43,323 bases of DNA from Thiotrichales bacterium (GCA_012961935.1 DTYI01000133.1:1-43323), one strand, 5' to 3'. Numbered from the stretch's first letter, positions 17,932-27,057 are shown. A program made the numbers and translations. Notes: generated from the sequence alone by a model not told the origin.

Positions 17932-19176
17932 TCAGGCTGCCTTCCTGCTGGCAAACTCGACCAGTTTTTTGATCGTTAACCCCTGGATCACGATTGACAG
18001 GACGACAATGATATAAGTAATCGTGACAATGATGTCGCGTTCCTGGCTGGGGGGTAATGATAATGCGAGCGCGACTGAGATACCGCCGCGCAGACCGCCC
18101 CAGGTGAGTATTTTGACGACATGCGGGTGAAAGTCTTTACGCAGCCGCATTAAATTAATCGGGATGCCGACGCTGATAAAACGCGCCAGCAAAACAACCA
18201 GTGCGAGGATTAATCCCGCGATAATATGGTTTCCGGAAAAACTCAGTACGATCACTTCAAGTCCGATTAAAACAAATAAAACCGCATTCAGTATTTCGTC
18301 GAGTAATTCCCAGAAAGTATCCAGGTGTTCGCGGGTGGTTTCACTCATCGCCATGTGACGACCGTGGTTGCCAATAAACAAGCCAGCAACGACAATCGCG
18401 ATGGGGCCGGATACGTGTATTTGGCTGGCGAGTGCGTAACCGCCTGCAACCAGCGCCAGCGATAATAATACTTCGACCTGATAATTATCGACGCTTTTCA
18501 ACATGCGATAAGTAATCCAGCCGATGGCAAATCCAAACACTGCGCCGCCCAGTGCTTCTTCGGCAAATAGCAATGCAATTTCGCTGGCGTTTGCATCTTG
18601 ACCACTGGTTGCAATGCCGAGTAGCACGAGAAAAACAACCACTGCTACGCCGTCATTAAATAATGATTCTCCGGCGATTTTTGTTTCCAGACTTTTTGTC
18701 GCGCCAGCCGTTTTTAAAATACCCATTACTGCAACCGGGTCTGTCGGTGCAATCAGTGACCCAAATAATAAGCAGTAAATTAATGGTATATCAATTCCCA
18801 GCCAGCCAAAAATATAGTAACTGGTGAAGCCGACGATAAAGGTTGTGGTGACGACGCCGATGGTTGCTAAAATACCGACGATCCATTTCTTTTCCAGCAA
18901 GGCTTCCAGGTTGATGTGCAGTGCGCCTGCAAATAACAGGAAGCTGAGCATGCCATGCATAAGCGTTTCGTTGAAGTCTATATTGTTTAGAATTTGTTCG
19001 GCATATTGCTCGCCGAAGCCAATACCAAAATGACTTAGAACAACCAGGATGAGCGAGAACACCAGTGCAATCAGCATAATCCCGATGGTGGTGGGGAGTT
19101 TAATGAATTTGTAATTCAGGTATGCGAAAACGGCAGCGATGGATAGCAGTAAGCTGGCTGTATCAAAAATGCTCAT
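17932..19176 (-). CDS. nhaP: Na+/H+ antiporter, CPA1/NhaP family
   Basis: LLFAGALH, PTDPVAV, GESLFNDG, GGLRGGISVALAL; about 12 TM helices. Confidence 0.9.
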   Translation of the reverse strand: MSIFDTASLLLSIAAVFAYLNYKFIKLPTTIGIMLIALVFSLILVVLSHFGIGFGEQYAEQILNNIDFNETLMHGMLSFLLFAGALHINLEALLEKKWIVGILATIGVVTTTFIVGFTSYYIFGWLGIDIPLIYCLLFGSLIAPTDPVAVMGILKTAGATKSLETKIAGESLFNDGVAVVVFLVLLGIATSGQDANASEIALLFAEEALGGAVFGFAIGWITYRMLKSVDNYQVEVLLSLALVAGGYALASQIHVSGPIAIVVAGLFIGNHGRHMAMSETTREHLDTFWELLDEILNAVLFVLIGLEVIVLSFSGNHIIAGLILALVVLLARFISVGIPINLMRLRKDFHPHVVKILTWGGLRGGISVALALSLPPSQERDIIVTITYIIVVLSIVIQGLTIKKLVEFASRKAA

Positions 19177-19241
19177 TCGTAAACTTCATAAAATTTTGTG
19201 AATCGCCAGCATACCCGTAGAGGGCAAAATGTAAAGATAAA

Positions 19242-19255
19242 TTGATCTAGATTAA
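19242..19255. promoter_or_regulatory. FNR-like box upstream of ppk2
   Basis: TTGAT-CTAG-ATTAA (1 mismatch); GATAAT at 19278-19283 fits class II spacing. Confidence 0.45.
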
Positions 19256-19326
19256 AGCTAGTAATTGTTTTGAATGAGATAATTTAAAGTTCGGTAGTAT
19301 TGATAGTAAGCGAGGCATTGAAATCA

Positions 19327-20268
19327 ATGGGCAAGAAAAACAAAGAACTTAAGCTTAAGGAAAATAAAAGCAAAGGCACTTTGAAGTTGGCCAGGCCAGG
19401 CAAGAAAAATAAAAAGAAAATGCATGGCCGTCTTTCGCGTAAAGCTATTTTCAAGCATGGAAACTATCCGTACAAAGAAAAAATAAAAACAGCCGAGTAT
19501 GAAGCGCGAAAATCCGAGTTGCAGATTGAATTACTGAAAATGCAAAACTGGGTCAAGGAGACTGGTCAGCGGATAGTGATTTTATTTGAGGGCCGGGATG
19601 CGGCAGGCAAGGGTGGCACCATCAAGCGTTTTATGGAACACATGAACCCGCGGGGTGCCAGAGTGATTGCGCTGGAAAAACCGACTGAACGGGAAAAAGG
19701 CCAGTGGTATTTTCAGCGCTATATAAATCATTTGCCGACCGCGGGTGAAATCGTCATGTTCGACCGTTCCTGGTACAACCGTGCAGGCGTGGAAAAAGTG
19801 ATGGGGTTTTGCTCTGCTTCTGAATATCTTGAATTCATGCGTCAGGCGCCGGAGTTTGAAAGAATGTTGGTGCGCGACGGGATTTACTTTTTCAAACTTT
19901 GGTTTTCAGTCAGCCGTGAAGAACAGTTTCGTCGCTTCAGAAAGCGTAAAAAAGACCCATTAAAACAGTGGAAGTTAAGCCCTGTTGACATGGCGTCTCT
20001 GGATAAATGGGATGACTATACTGAGGCTAAAGAAGCCATGTTTTTTTACACAGACACCGCCGATGCACCCTGGACGGTGGTTAAGTCAGACGACAAAAAG
20101 CGTGCTCGGATTAATGCCATGCGCCATGTGCTCGCCAGCTTGCCTTATCCGAATAAAAATTCGGATATCGTGATACCACCTGATCATTTAATCGTCGGGC
20201 CAGCTTCGGTTATTTATGAAGAAGGTGAAGAAGTGTCTGATTCACCCGTTTCCATCATCAGAACGTAA
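19327..20268 (+). CDS. ppk2: Polyphosphate kinase 2
   Basis: FEGRDAAGKGG, QWYFQRY, FDRSWYNRAGVE, PLKQWKLSP.D, SDDKKRAR. Start taken as ATG 19327 (uncertain). Confidence 0.95.
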   Translation: MGKKNKELKLKENKSKGTLKLARPGKKNKKKMHGRLSRKAIFKHGNYPYKEKIKTAEYEARKSELQIELLKMQNWVKETGQRIVILFEGRDAAGKGGTIKRFMEHMNPRGARVIALEKPTEREKGQWYFQRYINHLPTAGEIVMFDRSWYNRAGVEKVMGFCSASEYLEFMRQAPEFERMLVRDGIYFFKLWFSVSREEQFRRFRKRKKDPLKQWKLSPVDMASLDKWDDYTEAKEAMFFYTDTADAPWTVVKSDDKKRARINAMRHVLASLPYPNKNSDIVIPPDHLIVGPASVIYEEGEEVSDSPVSIIRT

Positions 20269-20301
20269 CTCATTCTTTCTTAGATCCCTGGGTTTAAAAT
20301 T

Positions 20302-20532
20302 ATGACTGAACAGCAAACTGCACACGCAACCAAAGTCGTTAATCGTTTTCGCGCCATGATCGGAGATACCTGCTCGCAGCTGCTGGATGAAGAGCATTGG
20401 GAAGAGTTGGTGTTGCTGGTTGAATCGGCTATGGATGCCGTCGTGCTCGACGCCGAAGAAAAAATATGCGACCAACTGGAAGATATGGTTAAGAAGATCC
20501 GATCGGATGCAGAGCATTTTGATCGCCCCTGA
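20302..20532 (+). CDS. Small acidic helical hypothetical protein
   Basis: 76-aa ORF 33 nt after ppk2 on the same strand, with protein-like amphipathic composition. Confidence 0.65.
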   Translation: MTEQQTAHATKVVNRFRAMIGDTCSQLLDEEHWEELVLLVESAMDAVVLDAEEKICDQLEDMVKKIRSDAEHFDRP

Positions 20533-20841
20533 TCGGAATTAATAATTCAGATCTGCCAGCCATATAGTTATCGATTTGACCAGCCGTTTTACAGTAAGCG
20601 ATTTCTGCTGAAAAAGTCATACGGGCAGGACCATTGGGAATGGTTGCCACTCATCGCAGTAAAATAACCACTGAAGCTTTTCATAAACATTTTCTTGAGC
20701 CTTATCACGACGTGATTTTTTACAAATAGTTATAAAGGTAGCAGCCAGTTTTGTTTGAGCTGGCATGTTGTCACACACATTTTTGCAGAATATTCTGAAG
20801 ATCAGGATGCTGTCAGATTTAATTAAGTAAAGGGAAAAGAA

Positions 20842-21906
20842 ATGATGAATCGCAATTTGATCAGCTCGCTTGCTGGCGTGATCCTGTTAATTACCATGCT
20901 TGTTTCATCACCAGTCTTTGCAGAATCACCACCACGTGAATTAGTGCTGCTGAACTGGTCTGAATATCTGGATCCTGAATTAGTTGAGAAGTTCGAGCAG
21001 CTACACAATGTCAAAGTACGTGAGGTTTATTTCGAGAATGATGACCTGCGCGACGAGCTGTTACTTGATACAGATGGCATGGGTTATGACCTTGCAGTCG
21101 TGAACGGGATTATGGTTGATACTTATCGCAAGCGGGGCTGGCTGGCCGTTGCAACCGAAAACAAAATCTCGAACCTGAAGCATGTTGACGAGTATTGGCT
21201 CAAGTCATTCGACGGTGCTGAGGGTTATGCGGTTCCCTACTTTTGGGGAACGCTCGGAATTGCCTATCGTGCGGATCTTGTGCAGACACCTCCAGGGAGC
21301 TGGATGGATCTGTACAAACCCAATGAGCAACTACGTGGGAAGATTGCGATGGTCGAGTCACAACGGGATGCCCTGGGGATGGCGCTGAAAGCACTCGGCT
21401 ACTCAGCCAACAGCATCGACAGCCGCCAGATCCGCGAGGCCATGGAGCTTCTGTTGACCCAAAAGCCCTACGTCAAGAGCTACGGTTATCTTGTGCTGGA
21501 TGAGAATTCCGCTCTTGTCAGCGGTGACGTTGTCATGGGCATGATATTTAGCGGCGATGCACTCATGCTAAAGGAACACCATGATGAGATACAGTACGTT
21601 GTTCCGAGAGAAGGCGGCAACATCTGGGTTGATTACCTGGTGGTATTACAGGGCTCAAAGAACAAGGATCTTGCCTATGCCTTTATCAATTTTCTGAACG
21701 AGCCCAGCCACGCAGCGCAACTCGCTGAGTTTGTGTATTACGCAAGCCCTAACAAAGCAGCTGAAAAGCTGCTACCCGCCGACTTTCTGGAAGACCCTGT
21801 CATTTATCCGAGTGAGGAGGTCTTGTCTAGATCTGAGGCATACACGCCTCTGCCGTTTCGTGCAACAAAAACGCGTAATACGAATTTTGCGCGCCTGAAT
21901 CAGTGA
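20842..21906 (+). CDS. PotD/PotF-family polyamine-binding periplasmic protein (NspS-like)
   Basis: Signal peptide, NWSEYLDP, PYFWGTLGI, LKALGYS.N, P.EG..IWVD, A..FINFL. No adjacent ABC permease or ATPase. Confidence 0.85.
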   Translation: MMNRNLISSLAGVILLITMLVSSPVFAESPPRELVLLNWSEYLDPELVEKFEQLHNVKVREVYFENDDLRDELLLDTDGMGYDLAVVNGIMVDTYRKRGWLAVATENKISNLKHVDEYWLKSFDGAEGYAVPYFWGTLGIAYRADLVQTPPGSWMDLYKPNEQLRGKIAMVESQRDALGMALKALGYSANSIDSRQIREAMELLLTQKPYVKSYGYLVLDENSALVSGDVVMGMIFSGDALMLKEHHDEIQYVVPREGGNIWVDYLVVLQGSKNKDLAYAFINFLNEPSHAAQLAEFVYYASPNKAAEKLLPADFLEDPVIYPSEEVLSRSEAYTPLPFRATKTRNTNFARLNQ

Positions 21907-21940
21907 TCCATGCAGCCGCTACAGTATTTGGAATTAGCCT

Positions 21941-24403
21941 GTGAAACTTCGAACCAAGATTCCGTTTCTACTCGTTCCGCTCATCGTCCTGTCTCTTCTG
22001 GTGCTTGGATGGTTTGCCTACATGCAACTGCGAGAGGCATCCGAGCAGCGCATGTTTGCAGAGATGAGCGCATCGCTCAGCCATCTCAGAGCACATATAG
22101 AAACGGAAGTCGAGACTGCGCGCGGTAATATAAAGCTTCTCTCTAACCAGGTACTGATCAAGAAATATATCCTGACTGAAGACGAAGAGGAGCGGTATAC
22201 CCTGCTTCAGCCTGTCTTGTTGCGATTGTTCTCGTCCTATCAGGAAGCCTTCCCGGAATATTACGAGATTCGCATTTTCCTGCCAGATGGTTATGAGGAT
22301 GCTCGCCAGACGCGGCCTTACATTGACAATCTCACCGATGAAGAAGGCGGCAGCGCTTTTTTCAAGGCCCTGCAAGCTTCAGGAGATGATATTTTAACAA
22401 CAATATATCTAAATCCTGACAACAAGAGGATGTCCCTGTTTATTGGGAATCCCCTGATTCTTGTTGACCGGGCTGTCGATCCCGTCGGTATTGCTCCAAA
22501 ACTACGTGGTTATGTTGGTCTGACTGTTGACCTCAGTGAGCTGGAGACCCAAATCCGCGATGAGATTATCAGTGATAGCGGCTACCTGTTTGCAACCGAT
22601 GCCGCAGGGAATGTTATTTTTGAGTCTTCCAAAAGACCGGTGGATGATTCCATACCCACAGCATTTGCCGAATCGGTTCTGGAATCAGAAGCGGGTGAGC
22701 CCATGTTGGCGACTTTCAATGGAGAAAGTGCATTTCTCTCAGCAACGCGTCTGCATGATGATCTCAATCTATTTGCAGTCTTGCCAGAAAGTGAGTTACG
22801 CATGGTCAGCTATAAGCTTGCCCTCGTGGTAGCGGCCATCACACTGGTGACCATTCTGGTTACGACACTGTTCATGGTGATGGCGATGGAGTACCTGGTT
22901 ATCCGTCCGATACACCGTCTTCGCAGGATCGCAAAGGAAATTGGTAGTGGCAGCTGGTCTGCCGAAGTTGGAGGTGTGACTGCCAGTGATGAAATTGGTG
23001 ATCTCGCTATGGCGTTTAGGGAAATGGCTATAAATCTGCAGCAATCCGATGAGCAAGTGCGCATTCTTGCTTATCACGACAGCCTGACAGGCCTGCCCAA
23101 TCGTACCATGTTCCAGGAATATCTTGACCAGTCGATCTTGCATGCAAAGAGAAACCAGCAATCCCTTGCAGTGATGTTTCTCGATCTCGACAACTTTAAA
23201 CAGGTCAACGATAGTCTGGGACACTATGCGGGTGATGCTCTGCTGCAGAAAGTTGCACAGCGCGTCACAAAGGTTTTACGCGGAGGTGATTACCTTGCCA
23301 GGGGGAGTTCCCAGAATAGCGGCGAAAAAATTCTGGCGCGGCTTGGCGGGGATGAATTTATTATCCTGTTGCCTGATATCCCGGATTCTCTTGCCGCAGG
23401 TGTGGTGGCCCAGCGGCTTGTCGAGGCGCTCGCCAAACCGGTTATTGTCAGCGGGGAGGCGTGTTATGTGAGTGCCAGTATCGGCATTACCCTCTACCCG
23501 GATGATGGCAGCAATACCAATGAGCTGATTAAGAACGCGGATATAGCCATGTACCATGCCAAGGAGAAGGGTAAGAATAACTACCAGTTTTTTGAGAACC
23601 TCATGAATGTCGCAGCCAGGGAGCGGATGAAGCTCGAAACCAAACTGCGTAGCGCACTGGAGCGCGGCCATCTGGAGCTGCACTACCAACCTCAAATCGA
23701 TAGCCTGACTCACAAGGTGGTTGGCCTTGAGGCCTTGCTGCGCTGGCGGGATCCGGAGGATGGTCTGATTTTGCCGAATGATTTCATTCCAGTCGCTGAA
23801 ACATCCGGTCTGATTCTGCCGATCGGTGAATGGGTTCTACACGAGGCGTGCCGGCAGGCTCGCGCCTGGCAAAATGCAGGCTACCCGCTGCCGTTAATGT
23901 CTGTCAATGTTTCGAACGTCCAGTTCGCAAGGCAGGATGTTGCCTCGATTGTAGAAGCGGCCCTCGGCAGCAGTGGACTGGATCCGCGTTGTCTCGAGAT
24001 CGAGATTACCGAGAGCACCATGATGAGTGATCCGGAAATTGCTGCGCAGGTTCTTGATGATGTAAAGGGGCTTGGGGTTGGTATTGCGCTGGACGATTTT
24101 GGTACAGGCTATTCCTCGCTCGGTTACCTGCGGAGGTTCCCGATCGACACACTCAAGATTGACCGGGGTTTTATCAGTGAGATCGATGAAAAGCAGGCAG
24201 ATGCAGAAATTGTCGGGGCTATTGTCGCCATGGCGCATACGTTACACCTGCGCGTCGTTGTCGAGGGAGTCGAAACGCAGAGTCAGTTGGATATCGTAAC
24301 TGAGCGGCAGTGTGATGTGATTCAAGGCTTCCTGTTCAGCCGCCCGTTGCCGGCTGATGAAATCGTTCGGCTACTGGCTGAGCCCAGTCTAAGAATTGCG
24401 TGA
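21941..24403 (+). CDS. Membrane c-di-GMP enzyme TM-periplasmic(Cache-like)-HAMP-GGDEF-EAL (MbaA-like)
   Basis: Two TM helices, HAMP (DEIGDLA..F..M), HDSLTGLPNR, DLDNFK.VND, ARLGGDEF, EALLRW, DDFGTGYSSL, EGVE, QGF. Confidence 0.9.
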   Translation: MKLRTKIPFLLVPLIVLSLLVLGWFAYMQLREASEQRMFAEMSASLSHLRAHIETEVETARGNIKLLSNQVLIKKYILTEDEEERYTLLQPVLLRLFSSYQEAFPEYYEIRIFLPDGYEDARQTRPYIDNLTDEEGGSAFFKALQASGDDILTTIYLNPDNKRMSLFIGNPLILVDRAVDPVGIAPKLRGYVGLTVDLSELETQIRDEIISDSGYLFATDAAGNVIFESSKRPVDDSIPTAFAESVLESEAGEPMLATFNGESAFLSATRLHDDLNLFAVLPESELRMVSYKLALVVAAITLVTILVTTLFMVMAMEYLVIRPIHRLRRIAKEIGSGSWSAEVGGVTASDEIGDLAMAFREMAINLQQSDEQVRILAYHDSLTGLPNRTMFQEYLDQSILHAKRNQQSLAVMFLDLDNFKQVNDSLGHYAGDALLQKVAQRVTKVLRGGDYLARGSSQNSGEKILARLGGDEFIILLPDIPDSLAAGVVAQRLVEALAKPVIVSGEACYVSASIGITLYPDDGSNTNELIKNADIAMYHAKEKGKNNYQFFENLMNVAARERMKLETKLRSALERGHLELHYQPQIDSLTHKVVGLEALLRWRDPEDGLILPNDFIPVAETSGLILPIGEWVLHEACRQARAWQNAGYPLPLMSVNVSNVQFARQDVASIVEAALGSSGLDPRCLEIEITESTMMSDPEIAAQVLDDVKGLGVGIALDDFGTGYSSLGYLRRFPIDTLKIDRGFISEIDEKQADAEIVGAIVAMAHTLHLRVVVEGVETQSQLDIVTERQCDVIQGFLFSRPLPADEIVRLLAEPSLRIA

Positions 24404-24445
24404 AGTGAAAATAAACAGGGCATGACAGCTATTAGTTTAATTGCT

Positions 24446-24460
24446 ATAGTGTGAAACTAT
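24446..24460. promoter_or_regulatory. OxyR-type half site upstream of oxyR (autoregulation)
   Basis: ATAG-TGTGAAA-CTAT matches ATAG-N7-CTAT exactly. Confidence 0.6.
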
Positions 24461-24485
24461 CTATATCTGCTAATAGATAGCATTC

Positions 24486-25412
24486 ATGACATTAACTGAT
24501 CTTCGCTACATCATCGTGCTTGCGCGTGAACGTCATTTCGGGCGTGCGGCTGAAGCCTGTTTCGTCAGTCAGCCGACTTTGAGCGTTGCCGTAAAAAAGC
24601 TGGAAGATGAGTTGGGCGTCACGTTGTTTGAACGCAGTCACTCAGATGTTAGTTTAACGCCAGTTGGTGAGCAGGTGATTGATGCTGCACAGCGCACACT
24701 AGAGGCGGCAGAAAGCGTCAAACAAGTTGCCAGTGCAGGCCAGGATCAGTTAACTGCGCCACTTAAACTGGGCGCGATTTATACGGTTGGGCCGTATATT
24801 TTTCCTGAGTTAATTCCGCACCTGAAAGAAATCGCCCCGCAGATGCCTTTGATTGTTGAGGAGGGCTATACCGCCGATTTAACCGAGCAGCTTAAACAGG
24901 GTGAGCTGGATGTGATCCTGATTTCCCTGCCTTTTGAAGAACCCAATATCCTGACGCTGCCTTTGTACGAGGAACCATTTGTGGTGTTGCTGCCTGCGGC
25001 ACATCCTTTAACTGCAAGAAAAACACTTTCATCGAAACAGTTAGAGAAGGAATCAATGTTGTTGTTGGGTGCGGGTCATTGTTTTCGTGATCAGGTGCTG
25101 GAAGCCTGCCCGGGCTGCTTGCCGAAATCGGTGCAGGGTGAACATGCCGCAATGGTTGTTGAAGGTAGCTCAATTGAAACGATTCGGCACATGGTGGTAT
25201 CAGGCATGGGGTTAACTGTTCTGCCCTGTACGGCTGCCGGAACTGATCGTTATTCGCAAAGATTACTGGCGATCAGGCGCTTTGTGCGGCCGATACCAAA
25301 ACGAACTATTGCGCTGGCATGGCGAGTCAGTTTTCCGCGACCACAGGTTATCGATGTGATGCGTGAAGCGGTTGCAGCTTGCCAGTTCAGTTGTGTAAAG
25401 CACTTGGTTTAA
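24486..25412 (+). CDS. oxyR: H2O2-inducible genes activator, LysR family
   Basis: HFGRAA..CFVSQPTLS HTH; redox motif GHCFRDQVLEAC (C199/C208 equivalents); GSSIETIRHMV. Confidence 0.92.
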   Translation: MTLTDLRYIIVLARERHFGRAAEACFVSQPTLSVAVKKLEDELGVTLFERSHSDVSLTPVGEQVIDAAQRTLEAAESVKQVASAGQDQLTAPLKLGAIYTVGPYIFPELIPHLKEIAPQMPLIVEEGYTADLTEQLKQGELDVILISLPFEEPNILTLPLYEEPFVVLLPAAHPLTARKTLSSKQLEKESMLLLGAGHCFRDQVLEACPGCLPKSVQGEHAAMVVEGSSIETIRHMVVSGMGLTVLPCTAAGTDRYSQRLLAIRRFVRPIPKRTIALAWRVSFPRPQVIDVMREAVAACQFSCVKHLV

Positions 25413-25424
25413 CCAATCCAGTCT

Positions 25425-25461
25425 ATAGTATTTTACTATCGAAATAATTTATAATATCAAT
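25425..25461 (+). promoter_or_regulatory. OxyR binding site of the peroxiredoxin promoter
   Basis: ATAG-N7-CTAT-N7-ATTT-N7-CAAT, running into a -35-like TTGTAT at 25461. Confidence 0.72.
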
Positions 25462-25548
25462 TGTATTAATTAATCAGTATTCTCTAATATGTACTCCATG
25501 GCAGGCGAATCTGCTGGCCACAATTTTTTAATTAACTGGAGAAATACG

Positions 25549-26205
25549 ATGCAAGAAAATACTGTAACCGAGATGACTGTCGGCATGCCGCGTTTGAATG
25601 AGCCTGCGCCGGCGTTTGAAGCAAAGACCACGCATGGCGTGAAAAAGCTTTCTGACTACAAAGGAAAATGGCTGGTGCTGTTTTCACACCCGGCAGATTT
25701 CACGCCGGTCTGCACTACGGAGTTTATGGCATTCGCGAAGTATCATGAAGAATTCCAGGCTGCGGGTGCAGAACTGCTGGGCCTGTCCATCGACAGCTAC
25801 TTTAGCCACATTGCCTGGGTGCGGAATATCAAGGAAAACTTTGGTGTCGAGATTAATTTCCCGATTATCGAAGACCTGTCAATGACAGTAGCCAAAGCTT
25901 ACGGAATGATCCACCCGGGTGCGGCGGATACTTCTGCGGTACGTGCTACCTTCATTATCGATCCGGAAGGTATTCTGCGCGCCATGGTTTACTACCCGAT
26001 GACCAATGGTCGTTCGATCCCGGAATTTCTGCGCATCATCAAGGCGCTGCAAGCTTCTGACGAGCATAAGATAGCGACCCCAGAAGGTTGGCAACCGGGT
26101 GACAAGGTCATTGTGCCTCCACCCCAGGATGCTACAGCGGCCGAAGCGCGCATGAACGAAGGCTATGAATGTACTGACTGGTATTTCTGTAAAAAAGAAA
26201 TCTAA
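25549..26205 (+). CDS. Peroxiredoxin, Prx6 subfamily with C-terminal Cys pair
   Basis: FSHPADFTPVCTTE, GLSIDS, C-terminal CTDWYFC; GGAG RBS before ATG 25549. Confidence 0.93.
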   Translation: MQENTVTEMTVGMPRLNEPAPAFEAKTTHGVKKLSDYKGKWLVLFSHPADFTPVCTTEFMAFAKYHEEFQAAGAELLGLSIDSYFSHIAWVRNIKENFGVEINFPIIEDLSMTVAKAYGMIHPGAADTSAVRATFIIDPEGILRAMVYYPMTNGRSIPEFLRIIKALQASDEHKIATPEGWQPGDKVIVPPPQDATAAEARMNEGYECTDWYFCKKEI

Positions 26206-26230
26206 TCTGCATTTTTCATAAAAACCGTTT

Positions 26231-26265
26231 TGGCCAGAACTGTTTTCGGTTCTGGCCATTTTTTT
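26231..26265 (+). terminator. Intrinsic terminator of the peroxiredoxin gene
   Basis: TGGCCAGAAC-TGTTTTCG-GTTCTGGCCA followed by T7. Confidence 0.85.
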
Positions 26266-26361
26266 GCGTATACTTGGAGGCATGCAAAACCTCGACGATA
26301 TACAGTAGTGGTAAAAAGGGGGCGGTAAGGGTAAAGAGGTCTGTATGATTCAGTCAGCAGC

Positions 26362-26436
26362 TTGATGATTTAAAAAAAGCCTGCCAACCAGGGCAGGCAT
26401 TTGATGAGAATGAGATGAAACGCAATGGACAAAATG
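26362..26436 (+). repeat. ~75-bp direct repeat, copy 1
   Basis: TTGATGATTTAAAA..AGC.TGCCAACCAGGGCAGGCATTTGATGA.AA.GAGATGAAACGC.ATGGACAAAATG, nearly identical to 26661-26734. Confidence 0.9.
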
Positions 26437-26444
26437 TGTTTAAG

Positions 26445-26538
26445 GGTACTGACCCCTTTTGCCCCTTTTGCCCGCTCCTTTTGCCCGCCTTTTGCCCGGC
26501 TCCTTTTACCAGGGAAAAGGGGAAAAGGGGTCAGTACC
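26445..26538. repeat. Palindromic element with 16-bp terminal IRs enclosing CCTTTTGCCC tandem units
   Basis: GGTACTGACCCCTTTT (26445-26460) and AAAAGGGGTCAGTACC (26523-26538), with 4-5 imperfect CCTTTTGCCC copies inside. Confidence 0.8.
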
Positions 26539-26660
26539 TTTTAATGCCCCATGGACGTAGGTAGAGCAATGCAGGCGCTATTGCCGAGCGACAGCGTGTC
26601 GAGAGGGTTAATCCCCCTCATTCCCCCTTTTAAAAAGGGGGAGGTGTAGTGATTGTAAGG

Positions 26661-26734
26661 TTGATGATTTAAAACAGCTTGCCAACCAGGGCAGGCATTT
26701 GATGAAAACGAGATGAAACGCTATGGACAAAATG
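26661..26734 (+). repeat. ~74-bp direct repeat, copy 2 (contains the start of the downstream pseudogene)
   Basis: Near-identical to 26362-26436. Confidence 0.9.
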
Positions 26735-27057
26735 GGAAACAATAAAACAACCGTCATGGGCTTGTGGCTGTTGTTGCTGAGTTGGCTGCTGACAGGTGCT
26801 GTGCACGCCGAGCCGGTTTGCACTGAAGTCAAGATCGAGATCAAACAGGAGCTGACGCTGGAGCGTCAGGCGTTTGATGCGAATATGAAAATCACGAATG
26901 ACCTCGACAGCATCCCGCTACAGGATGTGACGATCAACGTCAATTTCAAGGATGAGGATGACAACCCGGTGCTGGCGACTTCCGACCCGAATGCGACAGG
27001 CGCGAAGTTTTTATCCGCATCGATTCCATGACGGGGGTGGATTCGGTTGTTGTCTAA
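26723..27057 (+). pseudogene. Truncated, frameshifted N-terminus of a large secreted protein
   Basis: Signal peptide (..GAVHA) then C.EVKIEIKQELTLERQAFDA.M.I.N, recalled from large extracellular Ig-rich proteins. Adding one T to the T5 run at 27008-27012 gives AKFFIRIDSMTGVDSVVV then a stop at 27055-27057. Confidence 0.6.

Noticed and set aside
20533-20841. c-di-GMP riboswitch upstream of the NspS/MbaA-like pair
   Set aside because: Only a short hairpin (GGCAGGACCATTGGGAATGGTTGCC) is seen; the GEMM conserved elements are absent.
26253-26268. Sigma54 promoter-like TGGCCA-N5-TTGC
   Set aside because: It is simply the right arm and U-tract of the peroxiredoxin terminator.
26362-26734. Direct repeats as a CRISPR array
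   Set aside because: Only two copies, ~75 bp long and 299 bp apart, with no cas genes; they are duplicated gene leaders.
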